Position numbers and translations under genes: made by a program. Positions 26,927-47,645 of a stretch of DNA of 64,000 nucleotides are shown in pieces. The notes under the pieces were generated by a model. The model searched no databases and was not told where the DNA came from. It was given only the letters and a program-made list of their open reading frames with translations. The stretch's first letter is position 1. Each line of letters begins with the position of its first letter. The DNA comes from Eledone cirrhosa (lineage: Eukaryota): contig OZ024742.1 in assembly GCA_964016885.1 (NCBI GenBank), positions 109,554,001 to 109,618,000 of the forward strand. The letters run 5' to 3'.

Positions 26927-27693
26927 GTCTTTGTATCTCTATATGTGTGTGTAGACGCGCGCAAATAGAAATTTATATAGTAACGGAGTATATAAACTTA
27001 CTATTAAAGAAAATTAATGCCAGAATTTAAGTATACCTCCATATAAAAACATACAGACTATGACTGCAGCAAATTTTGTATTTTTATTATTCCATTCAAT
27101 TTTTTATATATTCAATTATTTATTTATCGAATTATCTAAGCTTTTTTCTTATTTATTTTGTATCTTTCGAATTACTTATTTATTATTGCAAAATAATATT
27201 TTTAGTATATAGAACAATATTTTTAGATACAGAATTTAAGGGTTTTTTCTTATAATGTAATTATTATTTTTGAAATTTCAAAATTGGGAAATTGGGAAAA
27301 AATTTCGTTTCTATTCTATTGGCATTCCTTTTATGTTCTTTTATTTGAATTTTGTTATTTTCACGTTTAAAGAATTCTTTTCGATATCTATTTTATATTT
27401 AGTTCTACTGCGTATCCAACGATAAGGGTACTTGGAAGAATCGGTAGAGCGTCGCTCAAAAATTAGTTACGGAATTCATATCCTGCCGAGATCAAATTTG
27501 GCTTCCGTTATTTCGTGATAATTAAAATAAATACCAGTTATATGTGTGTGTGAGAGGGCATAACATTTACACCTCACACACATATGTATATATCCAAGAG
27601 ATGTCATCATGAATGGACCTGTTATTTTTATCTAAAGACATTTTTTCCAATTCCAGCCCACCTGTCCCTTCAATCTATTTTATTTCTCATTCT

Positions 27694-27730
27694 TTTTTCT
27701 GATGAAGGACTAGCGTCCGAAACGTTAAGA
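27694..27730 (+). ncRNA. Minimal type I hammerhead ribozyme
   Basis: CTGATGA-a ggac tagc gtcc-GAAA-cgt-TA with palindromic AACGTT stem III; stem I is weak. A decayed relative lies at 16301-16330 (minus). Confidence 0.65.
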
Positions 27731-27821
27731 CCCTTTTCATGCTATTTCAAGCGTTAACCTAATATATTCCTTCCATATACTTTACCAATTGTGTTGTTAT
27801 TTCTGTTTACCTTTTACATAT

Positions 27822-27911
<90 letters not shown>

Positions 27912-28539
27912 GTGGTTGTTGTTGACTTTTTGGGGAGTATTTAGAGCAAGAAGTGTCAAAATTAAGTTCATCAGCTTGCGAAATTATGAGTTGAAATTGG
28001 TTTATTTTAGGAGAATAAGGCGCATGACTGAGAGAAAGGGATACAAAGTGTAAGTATAGCCTAGGGCGATGAATACTTAGGCATCATCGGCACAGCTTAT
28101 CACATGATTGGTGTGGGTGTGTGTGGACTGAGTAGAAAAAAATGCAGATATAGTAATTTTCATAGTGTGGCCTGAGCAAGAAGTGTCAAAATCTAGGGCC
28201 GTCAGTTTACCAAAATGTAAGTTGATATTATTTTATATGGGAGAATGGGATGTATAACTAGAAGTAGATGCACATTGCAGGGCTACCCTAACGTACTAGA
28301 TAACCAGCTGCCGCCTAGCTTTTACCTCACACGATAGGTTCCTGAATTCAATTAAATCTTCAACCTCTCTCTGTCCGTGGCAACCATATGTACAAACAAA
28401 CCAACAAACACATGAGAACTTCTATAGCCCGGGGTGGTCCAAATATTTCAGACAATGCAATAGGAGCCGGCCTTCTCTTCTTGTATTTATGCCAATTTGG
28501 TTCACTTAGACTTAGCAAATTGGCTAGGGTAGAATGGTC

Positions 28540-28652
<113 letters not shown>

Positions 28653-29009
28653 GATATATATATGTATACAAATATATATATTTGTATACATGCATACAAA
28701 TATATATATATATATATATGTGTGTGTGTATATATATATGGGGTGTGTAGGGTGTGAGGACCAGGAATACCGCAAATCAGAGTAGTACTCGATGCATAGT
28801 TGTTTAGTGAAAATGTAAGATCCCAACGTTGAGCTCAGCCGTCTCAACTTGTTCCATTCAATTTATCTCACAAGACATGGGTCAAGCCGAGGCTATGGTA
28901 AATGATACTTGTATAAGATTCCACGCAGATCAAACTCGACATGAAATGATTGCGAAGTAAACTCTTTAACGATTTGGCCATGCTGCGTCCACATTCAGGC
29001 CATATACGT

Positions 29010-29375
29010 CTTGAATTCTCGCGATATAAATCTATCATGTATTGTTGAGAAAACACGTACATCTCAAACACGTACATCTCAAACAATCGCTATGTGAATC
29101 TCATAGGTCCCTTGTGTTGCCGAGAGAACATATACGTCACAACACTGGCATTATTAATCCTATAGACTGTTTATATTGCTTAGAGAACTTATGAATATAA
29201 ATCTCATAGGTCGCTTATATCGTTGATAAGTACATATATGTCACAAAGTCTCGCTATATAAATCTCATAAGTCACCTATGTTACTGAGAAAACCACATAC
29301 GTCTCAAACTCTCGCTATAGAAATCCCATAGGACGCTTATGTTGCTGAGAAAACATGTACGCCACGAACTCTTAT
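29010..29375. repeat. Degenerate ~60-65-bp tandem repeat
   Basis: aaatctcataggtcgcttatgttgctgagaaaacatatacgtc..ctcgctata recurs about 5 times. Confidence 0.75.
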
Positions 29376-29439
29376 AAGTCTCAACCTATATGTTTATAAT
29401 TTTAAGTTATGTATTATCATTATTATTATTTTGTCTAAA

Positions 29440-29626
29440 GGGCGGTGGATTGGCAGTATTGGTAGAGGGTCGGACGCCATGCTTTGACGCATAGAGTTAC
29501 GGCCCTTGCCATTCTGAGTTCAAATCCCGCCGAGGTTAACTTTGCCTTTCATCCTTACGGGGTCGATAAAATAAAGTACCAGTAATACACTGGGTAATTG
29601 CTGGCCTTGTGCCAAAAGTAGAAACA
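29440..29626 (+). mobile_element. Full-length SINE family 1
   Basis: Flanked by attattattattttgtctaaa at 29419-29439 and 29627-29647. Confidence 0.92.
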
Positions 29627-29962
29627 ATTATTATTATTTTGTCTAAATTCATTCGTTATCTGCTCGAATTTCTCGTTCCGTGCGAGATGAATCATTGTAT
29701 CTGGCATCATATAGAGGCAGGAACATTGCCAGCTGATGTGTGTACTTGCGAGTGAGTGTATGTATATGTTTATGTGTGGTAGTGTATGTGCGTGGGACTG
29801 TGTGACTATTTGTGTGTATGTGGATATCTGTGAGGGTGTTTTTGTGTGTATCAGTCTGTGTATGTGCATGAAGGTGTATATGTCTGTGGGTGAGAGTATT
29901 GTGTATGTGTATGTGAACATGAGCGTGTTTATGTGCAAGCAAATTTCCAAGGTAAAAGACCT

Positions 29963-31589
<1,627 letters not shown>

Positions 31590-32201
31590 ATGGTGGTGGC
31601 TGCCAACTCGTTTTCGAGTACGGCCACTACTTTATATCCATGTAGGAGAACCCCTACCGATGCGCTGAACGAGTGTGACTTTTTAGTCCAGCCAGCGACT
31701 TGAAAACTCTGGTACAAAGACTACACTTGTGACCATTATTGACACATAGTGCAGGGCCCATGGTACCATGTGACGACAAGTGCAGAGAGATCTCCAGATA
31801 TAAAGCAATGCCTGTGCCGTGAAGCTTTTATAGTGAGGAAAGGCACTGCACAAAGCCAGTCCCACTCTCTTAACCAAGATGATATTTACCAAAAAGAAGA
31901 ACAAGTCAATATCATTGGATACCATCAGAGTTGCAGGTGTTATATCAGAGTTTTCCTTCTCCTAGAATTCTGCCTTGACAAAGGCTAAAGGGTCATCTCT
32001 CCCGGTGATTTTGGATGGCCATTGACTCTTAAGAGCTCCTTTGCCCTTTGACAGGTTTTGCTTTTAGTCCTGCAGGATGTCCAAAGTCACCCTCCTCACC
32101 AAGAAACCTTGGTGGGGTTGCCAGTTTAGTCGCCAACGACCCGACCATGAGATAGGTTGTACTGGGATACATGTTACCAGTAGCACCAACTGGTGACCTG
32201 A
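31590..32201 (-). mobile_element. Full-length non-autonomous RTE-derived element
   Basis: Near-identical to 7411-8019, flanked by TACA-type repeats. Confidence 0.8.
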
Positions 32202-32657
32202 CACATACATACATATATATATACATACATACATATATATATTATATATATACACACATATATATATACACATATATATATATACATACATACATATATG
32301 TTATATATATATATATATACATATATATATACACACGTACATACATATATATATTATATATATATATATACACATATATATACACATATATATATTATAT
32401 ATATATACATACATATACACATACATACATATATATATATACACATACATATATATACACATATATATATATATATATTATATATATATTATATATATAT
32501 ATATATATATTACACATATATATATATACATATATATATATACACATATATATATATATACACATGTATATATATACACATACATATATATATTATATAT
32601 ATACACATATATATATATATATACACACATATATATATATACACATACATACATACA

Positions 32658-32710
<53 letters not shown>

Positions 32711-33626
32711 ATCACTACCAGTTCTCTATAAAGAATTGCACATCACTTCAAAACGCATAAAAATATCTGGCATGCCGCCATTCTTTTAACACTTGATAAT
32801 ACAGTAAGCTAATTCGTGTAAATTCCAAGACAAAACATAATATAGCAAAACTTCAACCAATCTACATGAATAGACTTTAAAATGATATATATACCATACT
32901 CTCTACTTCGTATCCTGTGCCGTTCTTTTGTTTGGGTTTTCCTTTTAATGTATATTTATTTAAATATTATATTAGCGTCAATTCCATTCATCATCAGACA
33001 CTTTGCGTTTGATTGTTGCTACATTATTCCAGTCTTGTAGTTCTCATTTAAGAATATTAGCCCGTCTTTTGTAGCTTGATGTCAACTCTTGAGAAATAGC
33101 AATTCAATTGTAAGGTCCTTTCAATCATCGAAATCCCCAGTGCAATGGAACTTAATCGAAATGTTTCTAATTAGTTCCGATATAATTACTTTATAATTGC
33201 TTTCTGGTTACCATATGAGACAAAGGTATCATGTCAATTACCATTCCACTCAAAATTTGTATTCGTAAACAGGATTTTGCAATCTTTGGTTTGTATAATA
33301 GTGGTATATTTTGACAGGTTTAGAGAACGGAGCAGTTTGGCTTGTTTAAGATTCTTTGACTTGTCTAATCTTAACAGTATTAGTCACGACGGAATGGTTT
33401 TCATTTTAATTCAGTGTGGATTAATTTCGCTGTTGGCAATTTTATTTGAATTACCATATTTATCAGTTTGAAATATATGGCGGAGAGAATCTTCAGGTAA
33501 AACAGTGCAAAGATCTTTTCATATAGAAGGAGAATACATTTTATAATGATGAACAAGCATATGCAATTTGATTGTAATCAGATCAGGATATGTATGTGCA
33601 TATATGTATGTGCATATATGTATGTG

Positions 33627-33714
<88 letters not shown>

Positions 33715-33729
33715 ATATTTTATATTATA

Positions 33730-33769
<40 letters not shown>

Positions 33770-33926
33770 AAAGAGAGAGAGAAAGAAAGAGCTGGATTAG
33801 TTTATTGATTGAGAGGAAGGAGATAGGAATACCTCAGTTAACAGATGGAATTGTTAGATGAGTGATGAAAGAAGTTTGCATGCAAAATAAAAGTGAGGGG
33901 AGATGGAGTGATCTCTCTCTCTCTCC

Positions 33927-33957
<31 letters not shown>

Positions 33958-34329
33958 TTTCTCTCTTTCTTTCTCTCTCTTTCATTCTTGTAAAATATAG
34001 TGAATATTAACTACGTACGTATTGTTATGAATAATCATACAGATATAATGTATACTTGTGTATGTATGTATATATATTTACATCTATCTATTTATCTATA
34101 TATAAAGAAAGTTATCTATTTATCTCTCTCTATATATATATGTGTGTGTGCGTGTGTGTGCGTGTTTGTGCATGTATATGTATGTATATATGTATGTATC
34201 TGTGTATATATTGTGTGTGTAAGTGTGAATATAGATAGTTAGATAGATAAATAGATAGATAGATAGATAGATATCTGAAACTAATAAGATTTTGTTTTAG
34301 CTTCTCTGTGTTTGTCTTGTTTATTCTTG

Positions 34330-34398
<69 letters not shown>

Positions 34399-34619
34399 AG
34401 AGACGGTATCACTTATTCAACATCGTTTTATTCCACTACATCATTCTGTTATGCACATTTCGAAGGTACAGATAGGTCGGTATTCAACGATTATTCAACA
34501 CATTTTCGCCAGACAGGAAGTTCGAATGCAAAAAAAAAAAATTTTGTGGAAGATGTTGGCGTTCGGCAAGCATTTGTAGCGGAAGATGAACAGCAACAGA
34601 AGAAAAGGGTGGTTTGAGG

Positions 34620-36985
34620 GTAGAATATAACTGGTGAGATATTAGGGAAGGTAGAAGTGGGAATGAGACACGTGGTATATTACGGAAGGTAGACGGGAGA
34701 AAGTGGCAGGTGAAGTATTATGGAAGGTAGGAGGGGGAATGAGACAGTTGAAATATTATGAAAGGTAGGCGGGAGAAAGTGGCAGGTGAAATATTATGGA
34801 AAGCAGAAGTGGGAGGGAATGAGAAGGTGGTATTTCACGGAAGATAGAAAGGGGAAAGAGGCAGGTGAGATACTATGGAAGGTAGAACTAGAAATGAGAA
34901 GGTGGTATATTATGGAAGGTAGACGGGAGAATGTGGCAGGTGAGATACTATGGAAGGTAGAACTAGAAATGAGAAGGTGGTATTTCACGGAAGATAGAAA
35001 GGGGAATGAGGCAGGTGAGATACTATGGAAGGTAGAACTAGAAATGAGAAGGTGGTATATTATGGAAGGTAGACGGGAGAATGTGGCAGGTGAGATACTA
35101 TGGAAGGTAGAACTAGAAATGAGAAGGTGGTATTTCACGGAAGATAGAAAGGGGAATGAGGCAGGTGAGATACTATGGAAGGTAGAACTAGAAATTAGAA
35201 GGTGGTATATTATGGAAGGTAGACGGGAGAATGTGGCAGGTGAGATACTATGGAAGGTAGAACTAGAAATGAGAAGGTGGTATATTATGGAAGGTAGACG
35301 GGAGAATGTGGCAGGTGAGATACTATGGAAGGTAGAAGTGGGAATGAGAAGGTGGTATATTATGGAAGGTAGACGGGAGAATGTGGCAGGTTAGATACTA
35401 TGGAAGGTAGAACTAGAAATGAGAAGGTGGTATATTATGGAAGGTAGACGGGAGAATGTGGTAGGTGAGATACTATGGAAGGTAGAACTAGAAATGAGAA
35501 GGTGGTATATTATGGAAGGTAGACGGGAGAATGTGGTAGGTGAGATACTATGGAAGGTAGAAGTGGGAATGAGAAGGTGGTATATTATGGAAGGTAGACG
35601 GGAGAATGTGGCAGGTGAGATACTATGGAAGGTAGAAGTGGGAATGAGAAAGGTGGTATATTATGGAAGGTAGACGGGGTAATGAGGCAGGTGAGATACT
35701 ATGGAAGGTAGAAGTGGGAATGAGAAAGGTGGTATATTATGGAAGGTAGACGGGGGAATGAGGTAGGTGAGATACTATGGAAGGTAGAACTAGAAATGAG
35801 AAGGTGGTATATTATGGAAGGTAGACGGGAGAATGTGGTAGGTGAGATACTATGGAAGGTAGAAGTGGGAATGAGAAAGGTGGTATATTATGGAAGGTAG
35901 ACGGGGTAATGAGGCAGGTGAGATACTATGGAAGGTAGAAGTGGGAATGAGAAAGGTGGTATATTATGGAAGGTAGACGGGGTAATGAGGCAGGTGAGAT
36001 ACTATGGAAGGTAGAAGTGGGAATGAGAAAGGTGGTATATTATGGAAGGTAGACGGGGGAATGAGGTAGGTGAGATACTATGGAAGGTAGAACTAGAAAT
36101 GAGAAGGTGGTATATTATGGAAGGTAGACGGGAGAATGTGGTAGGTGAGATACTATGGAAGGTAGAAGTGGGAATGAGAAAGGTGGTATATTATGGAAGG
36201 TTGACGGGAGAATGTGGTAGGTGAGATATTATGGCAGGTAGAAGTGGGAATGAGAAAGGTGGTATATTATGGAAGGTAGACGGGAGAATGTGGTAGGTGA
36301 GATATTATGGCAGGTAGAAGTGGGAATGAGAAAGGTGGTATATTATGGAAGGTAAGAGAGGAAATGTGGTAGGTGAGATATTATGGCAGGTAGAAGTGGG
36401 AATGAGAAGGTGGTATATTATGGAAGGTAGACGGGAGAATGTGGCAGGTGAGATACTATGGAAGGTAGAAGTGGGAATGAGAAAGGTGGTATATTATGGA
36501 AGGTAGACGGGAGAATGTGGTAGGTGAGATATTATGGCAGGTAGAAGTGGGAATGAGAAAGGTGGTATATTATGGAAGGTAGACGGGAGAATGTGGTAGG
36601 TGAGATATTATGGCAGGTAGAAGTGGGAATGAGAAAGGTGGTATATTATGGAAGGTAAGAGAGGAAATGTGGTAGGTGAGATATTATGGCAGGTAGAAGT
36701 GGGAATGAGAAGGTGGTATATTATGGAAGGTAGACGGGAGAATGTGGCAGGTGAGATACTATGGAAGGTAGAAGTGGGAATGAGAAGGTGGTATATTATG
36801 GAAGGTAGACGGGAGAATGTGGCAGGTGAGATACTATGGAAGGTAGAAGTGGGAATGAGAAAGGTGGTATATTATGGAAGGTAAGAGAGGAAATGTGGCA
36901 GGTAAGATATTATCGCAGGTAAGAGGGGGAGTGTGGCAGATGAAATATCATGGCAGGTAAGGGGGAGAATGAGACAGGTGGTAAT
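34620..36985. repeat. Purine-rich 60/61-bp minisatellite (~39 copies, two ~30-bp subunits)
   Basis: tatggaaggtagacgggagaatgtggcaggtgagatactatggaaggtagaa(ctaga/gtggg)aatgagaaggtggtatat. Confidence 0.95.
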
Positions 36986-37161
36986 TGGTTAAAGAAATAT
37001 CACTGTGTATGTAGCTAGGGATTACCTTCAGATCAGCTGAATGGAAATCGATAAAGTTATTGCCTAGCAACCTGTGAGTAGTTATCATCTAAACACAAGA
37101 AGTCTATTCATTCATTCAGTCGTTCATTGACTGATGACAAACACTGACACAGAAACGAATG

Positions 37162-37262
<101 letters not shown>

Positions 37263-37545
37263 ATGAGCACACACAAACACAGAGACAACCAGACACACAC
37301 ACACGCGCGCGTGCATAAGCACACAGACAGACGCAGAGACAAACAGACACACAAACACACACGCATACATCTATATAATAACTGTGTGTGTGTGTATGTG
37401 TATACATATATATGAATGTGTGTTTGTGTATGTGTGCACGTGTGTACATATATGTATGTATTTATATATATATATACGCTTTTGATTCGGCATGTGTGAG
37501 TCTGTGAGTCTGCATGTATAAGTTGTGTACTTGGGTGTGTATCTA

Positions 37546-37709
37546 TAATTGTTTCTACTTTTGGCACAAGGCCTGCAAACTCCCAGTACATTACTGGTAC
37601 TTTATTTTATCGACCCCGTAAGGATGAAAGGCAAAGTTAACCTCGGCGGGATTTGAACTCAGAATAGCAAGGGCCGTAACTCAATGTGTCAAAGCATGGC
37701 GTCCGACCT
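37546..37709 (-). mobile_element. SINE family 1, slightly 5'-truncated
   Basis: Reverse complement of the 29440 copy. Confidence 0.88.
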
Positions 37710-37812
<103 letters not shown>

Positions 37813-37922
37813 AATTTTATAGAAGGAGCTTCTACAGGACTAGTACTGATTCATTCAGATGAAATCTTCATATATATATATATATATTCACACACATATA
37901 GAACTTTATATATATATACAGT

Positions 37923-38213
37923 AATTGAAGGAGGCACCAAATAAACATGTGGGTAGGACAAACTGGGACATATTACACACACACACACAGACACTGTATA
38001 GCATGCACACACACACACATTGCAGACACACACAGTCACGTACATGCATACACATATATGCACACGTATACATATGCACGTATGTACATACATGCATATG
38101 TGTACGTGCCTGTGTGTGTCTGCATGTGTTGTGTTTGTGTCAATGTGTGTGTGTGTGTGTATGTTTATCCCAGTTTGTCCTACCCACATGTTTATTTGGT
38201 GCCTCCTTCAATT
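37923..38213. repeat. 46-bp perfect inverted repeat enclosing a (CA)n-to-(TG)n spacer (MITE-like)
   Basis: aattgaaggaggcaccaaataaacatgtgggtaggacaaactggga at 37923-37968 and its reverse complement at 38168-38213. Confidence 0.85.
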
Positions 38214-38237
38214 CATATATATATATATATATATGAA

Positions 38238-38500
38238 TTAGTGGTTAGAGCGTAGGGCTTGCAATCGTGAAGTTGTGAGTTCGATTCCCGAACGGATGAT
38301 GCAGTGTGTTTTTGAGCAGTTTACTCAGCTTTGAATTGTGACATCACTGTTGCCAAGCTATATCGGCCTTTCCCTTGAACAGCATCGGTGGTGTAGAGAG
38401 GGGGAACCGGTATACATGGGCAGAAGCAAACAACCTTGCCCAGACTTGTCCCTGTATGTGCAAATCCCATGGTCATTCGTGACCGACGGGGGGCCTTTAC
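38238..38500 (+). mobile_element. tRNA-type SINE (family 2-related)
   Basis: A box tagtggttagagcg, B box gagttcgattccc. Confidence 0.7.
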
Positions 38501-38652
38501 CGATATCTATTGAGTTACATATAACCCAGACTCGGTTGCCTTTTACTGTATATATACAGATATAACACATCGTATACTTCGGCTGTGTGGCCGAATAAAC
38601 GCGTAATGTGTGTGTCTGTATATCTGTGTGTATGTGTGTGTATGTGTGTCTG

Positions 38653-38729
<77 letters not shown>

Positions 38730-38734
38730 GAATA

Positions 38735-38894
38735 GGCGCAGGCAAGGTCATGGGGTTAAGGAGTTCACTCCACTAATACGGAGTTCAGTTCCTTGTGGGT
38801 GCCATCTTGAGTAGGTGTGTCTGTGCTACTATAGCCTCCGGTTTATCAAGGCCTTTTAAATAGAAACTGCGGACGGAAACTATAGGAGTGCGTC

Positions 38895-38896
<2 letters not shown>
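38735..38896 (+). mobile_element. Diverged SINE (family 3)
   Basis: ggcgcaggc..ggttaaggagtt..ggagttcagttcc..ctactatagcctc; a relative lies on the minus strand at ~28875-28987. Confidence 0.55.
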
Positions 38897-38945
<49 letters not shown>

Positions 38946-39489
38946 TGTGTGTGTGTGTTTTGAAAGTATGAACACTAGACATCTCTGTCATTAAATCTCG
39001 TCCTCTTGTCAAGAAAAAGGAAAAGAAACACTACTTCAGTGTTTAGGGTTGTTTTTACTTTACTTTCCTCTTACTATCTATTTATTCATTACCTTTGTAT
39101 TTCTGTATTTTTATCCACCTCTCACTATTATCTCTCTTTCTCTTCTGTATTTCCATCTACCTTTTATTACCATCTACCTCTACCTCTGTCTTTCCATCAG
39201 CATACATCACTAGTGTGTTTGATTATTCCTTCAAATGTTCACGACCTCCTCGGCAGATGGCTGTGGTAGAAATACAAAAGACAGAACAGAAAGAGAAATA
39301 AAAAGATCGAAAAATAAGTGTTTCTCTCTGAACATGTGAAGAAAAGGAAACGATTGGATATAGATAAAAGTAAAAAGAAGAAATAACATCATGTTTAAGA
39401 ATTTATTTTTCTTTAGGAATATTTCTGTACATTTTATCTAAATTAAGCTAGCAGCTACTAGTTTTGATCCTTACTTCTTTCCCTGGCGA

Positions 39490-39706
39490 ATAACCTTTTA
39501 AGTACATATTTATAGTATTACCTATCTACTTACAACTATTCTATTCCCTAATAACATTTTCTAGTTATTTGTAAGTACATAATTATCGTATTGCCAACCT
39601 CCTACAAATGTTCTGTTCCTTAATGACCCTTTCTAGTAGTATTTTAGCACATATTTATAGTATTAGCTAACTACGTACAACTATTCCGTGCCCCAATAAT
39701 CCTTTC
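39490..39706. repeat. Degenerate ~74-bp tandem repeat, ~3 copies
   Basis: agtacatatttatagtatta..tacaactattc recurs. Confidence 0.65.
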
Positions 39707-39879
39707 GTGAAATGTCAGACTGTATTCGCTTGAAAACCTAATCTTTCTTCCACTTTTTCTACTCTGATCTGGTTGGTCTCTTTAAAAACATAAGCCCCCA
39801 GAAAACTTGTCTCACCTCCATCGTTTATAGGTATAATACAACACATTTACTTCTTGTGGACTACTCAGAAGTTGGTATG

Positions 39880-40616
39880 CAAGAGTTCTTTAAGGCATGC
39901 CCCGTATTCACCTTAATGGTTCGCAGCAGGACTTTTGTAGATTGATCTAAATATTTATATCATAGAAAACATTCTAAGAGTTGTTGATTCGTGTGTGTAT
40001 CTTGGTTTTTCATATGAAAAGAAAGAATTCAATACAGGCAGAAATAACTGAGAGAATAAAGAAAGGCAGCTTAGCTTTTGGAAAACGCTTTAAAAAAGAG
40101 TCTTGTCAGATCATGATCTTACGCTTACAACAAAAGTTTATTTTATTGTAAATTTATTCAATTTATGAAGGCAAGAAACCTTCCAGCCATTCTATATTGA
40201 AAAGTTATTGAAAAATTTCAGCAGAATTGTTTGCGCCAGATTCTCAAGATGCCACTAGAGAGTTCTATGCCGGAAACATCTGTCTCTCTAAACATTGATG
40301 GTCGTCTTCGGCGAAATTAAATGGCGCTAGGTCGGACATCTTGTCAGAAAGGTTAATTCTGGAGTTCCGAAACATTTTTATTTTGTTTTGCTTTTTGTTC
40401 GTTTATGTGTTTGTTTGTCTGTAGGTTAGTATGTTTCGTTTTTGTTTTTTTTTGTTTTTTGTTTGTTTTGTTTGTTTGTTTGTTTGTTTTGTTTGTTTTT
40501 TCAAGAATTCACTGGAACGCAGCCTTCTCTTCGGGAGAAAAACCTAATGAAAGACTGCATGAAAGAAAATTCCCAAATGTATAAGTGTCAAAGTGAAGAA
40601 GTGAAGTGTGTAGGAG

Positions 40617-40664
<48 letters not shown>

Positions 40665-40730
40665 TAAACAGAGGTAGATCAGGAAAGATATCTGTGATGG
40701 GTGAAATATCTTGGAAAACAATTCGTTGAA
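39880..40730 (+). pseudogene. Highly decayed RTE RT C-terminal remnant
   Basis: SLAFGK, RVLSDHDLTLTTKV, EKFQQNCLRQILKM and VGHLVRKVNSGVPK in shifting frames. Confidence 0.65.
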
Positions 40731-40885
40731 TTGTTTTCAAATGAAAAAAAGAAAAGAAGAAATGTGATGCTCGTAAAATGGAGTCAATATTTCCTTGAAA
40801 CTAGTGGAAGAACTTTAGTTGAAAAATACTAACTTTGGGGAAATATTCTAAAACACGTTCCCTAAAGGAACCTAATAAAACCTGT

Positions 40886-41071
40886 CATCATGATCATCGT
40901 CATCACCACTACCAACAACAACAACAATTTCATCATCATCATCCTCACCACCACCATCATCACCATCATCATCATCATCACTAGCATCATCCTCACCACC
41001 ATCATCATTATCAGGATCATCATCATAATCATCATCACGATGATCATTATGATCATCATCGTCATCACCAT

Positions 41072-41127
<56 letters not shown>

Positions 41128-41251
41128 CTAACATCATCCTCACCACCATCATCATTATCATTACCATCACCACTACCACCTCCATGACCGTCAGTGTCGC
41201 CACCACCGCCACCACCACCATCACCACCGTCACCATCTTCACCATCATCAT
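40886..41251. repeat. (ATC/ACC)n trinucleotide array
   Basis: Direct reading. Confidence 0.9.
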
Positions 41252-41392
41252 CTACTTTCAAATGCCACGTATCCTGTTTACTGCAGAGCCTGTAAATCTC
41301 TCGCTGGTCATAAAAGTCACTTACGTTTTGACATGTCAGTTTTGCGAACAGTGGGATACTGGTACTATCGAGAATGTGGTCAGACTTGTCGG

Positions 41393-41830
41393 ACGTTGTG
41401 TCCTTGAGCAACTTGATTTATGTCATTTTGCACCAGTCAATACATTTCGAAGAAATGAGTTCTACTTTTTATTTGAAATATCAGCAAGGTCACACAGTGA
41501 ATCACACTAAATCTCCCGGAGAACTATGTCAAGAGTACACATGTCTTTGAATGCTCAACATGTTATTTTCACATGCAGGATGTTCCGTTGATCGAATCAA
41601 CTGGATCACTCGTCATCAGTATCGACGGAGGTCAAGCGTATGCCTGTAATTCAAAGGGTCGGCCTAGTCACACACTGTGCCATGCTGAATCACCACCATG
41701 AGATCTATGTTAAGGGTGCAACACCTGTCTGTGGAATGCACTCAGATTCTTGTACGTTAACCTCACGAACAAGCTTTTCTATTTGTCAAATAACTAAAAC
41801 ACTCTATGTTGAAACTGACGGAGATCCCAC
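41393..41830 (+). mobile_element. Two tandem SINE family 2 bodies
   Basis: gttgtgtccttgagcaa; gagaactatgtcaagagtacacatgtct is repeated as gagatctatgttaagggtgcaacacctgtct. Confidence 0.65.
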
Positions 41831-42103
41831 ACATATGTTTTCCTATGTGTTATGGTTCCCAAGGCTTACTCCGGCGGCAACGATAACAGTAATTCAATAA
41901 AAGGATTAATAAAGTTTCGCTTAAGTGGAACCAGCAAAGTCTTGATTGTATTAAGAGATTAAGCCACAGTAGAAAATATAGTTTACAGTCATTTTCAAAA
42001 ACTCCTGAATGACGTTTTAAGATGGCGGAGACTTTTTTTTGTTTCCATTTTTCCTTTCCGCTTTTGTAAACATTTATTTATAGATATAGCTATATCTATC
42101 TAA

Positions 42104-42143
<40 letters not shown>

Positions 42144-42179
42144 ACGTGTAACTGTTTGTCTCTCCTTGTATATACGTGC

Positions 42180-46914
<4,735 letters not shown>

Positions 46915-47050
46915 AGTGGCGATCCTGTGTCTGCAGAAGATTAATCTTTCTAACTCGTTGTTGATCAACAACAATTTAGAAAGATCTCTGTAGTAGTAAG
47001 TGCCGTACTAAGAGTGAGAAATGAAATATCGTTTTCATTTTATTACAACT

Positions 47051-47104
<54 letters not shown>

Positions 47105-47142
47105 CATATATATACATATATATATATACACCACTATTCTTT

Positions 47143-47183
<41 letters not shown>

Positions 47184-47355
47184 ATATATAAGATCAAAAG
47201 ATGGTTAAAAGAATTCCATTTATTTTATAAAATACATGGAACTCTTTGAACCTTCCCTGGATCTTATATTATGTATACTCCAGTCCTACAAACTGTAGAG
47301 TGCTTCTTATCCGATATCTGCATTGCTTTATTGTACTACAATAAAACTCACCTCC

Positions 47356-47435
<80 letters not shown>

Positions 47436-47564
47436 CATATATATATTTGTATATATATATATATATATGTGTATATATATTAAGATAAGCAGAACAAGTA
47501 AAATTCAATCAATTTTTCAAAATACATTAAAAAATATAATATAAATATTTATCTCTTCTAGTGG

Positions 47565-47645
47565 CCCTTACTGATCAGTTTCGCTTTGTAAAACCTCATA
47601 AATCCGATGGATTTATGATGGAAAACCAAAGCTCATCAGAGAAGC
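47565..47645 (-). ncRNA. Type I hammerhead ribozyme with long stem II
   Basis: Reverse complement: ttct-CTGATGA-gctttg..tcataaatcc atc ggatttatga..caaagc-GAAA-ctgatcag-TA-aggg; palindromic ACTGATCAGT and a GUA site. Confidence 0.75.

Noticed and set aside
32990-33470. Possible decayed Penelope-like ORF on the minus strand (SKNLKQ, YIGT)
   Set aside because: Motifs are too short and interrupted by stops to support by eye.
34786-35394. 202-aa ORF with a 20-aa repeat
   Set aside because: A by-product of the 60-bp period; other units contain stops and +1 frameshifts.
34620-36985. CRISPR-like periodicity
   Set aside because: No unique spacers, no cas genes and a eukaryotic context.
40872-41411. 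179-aa acidic ORF
   Set aside because: It starts inside a SINE and is mostly (GAT)n repeat.
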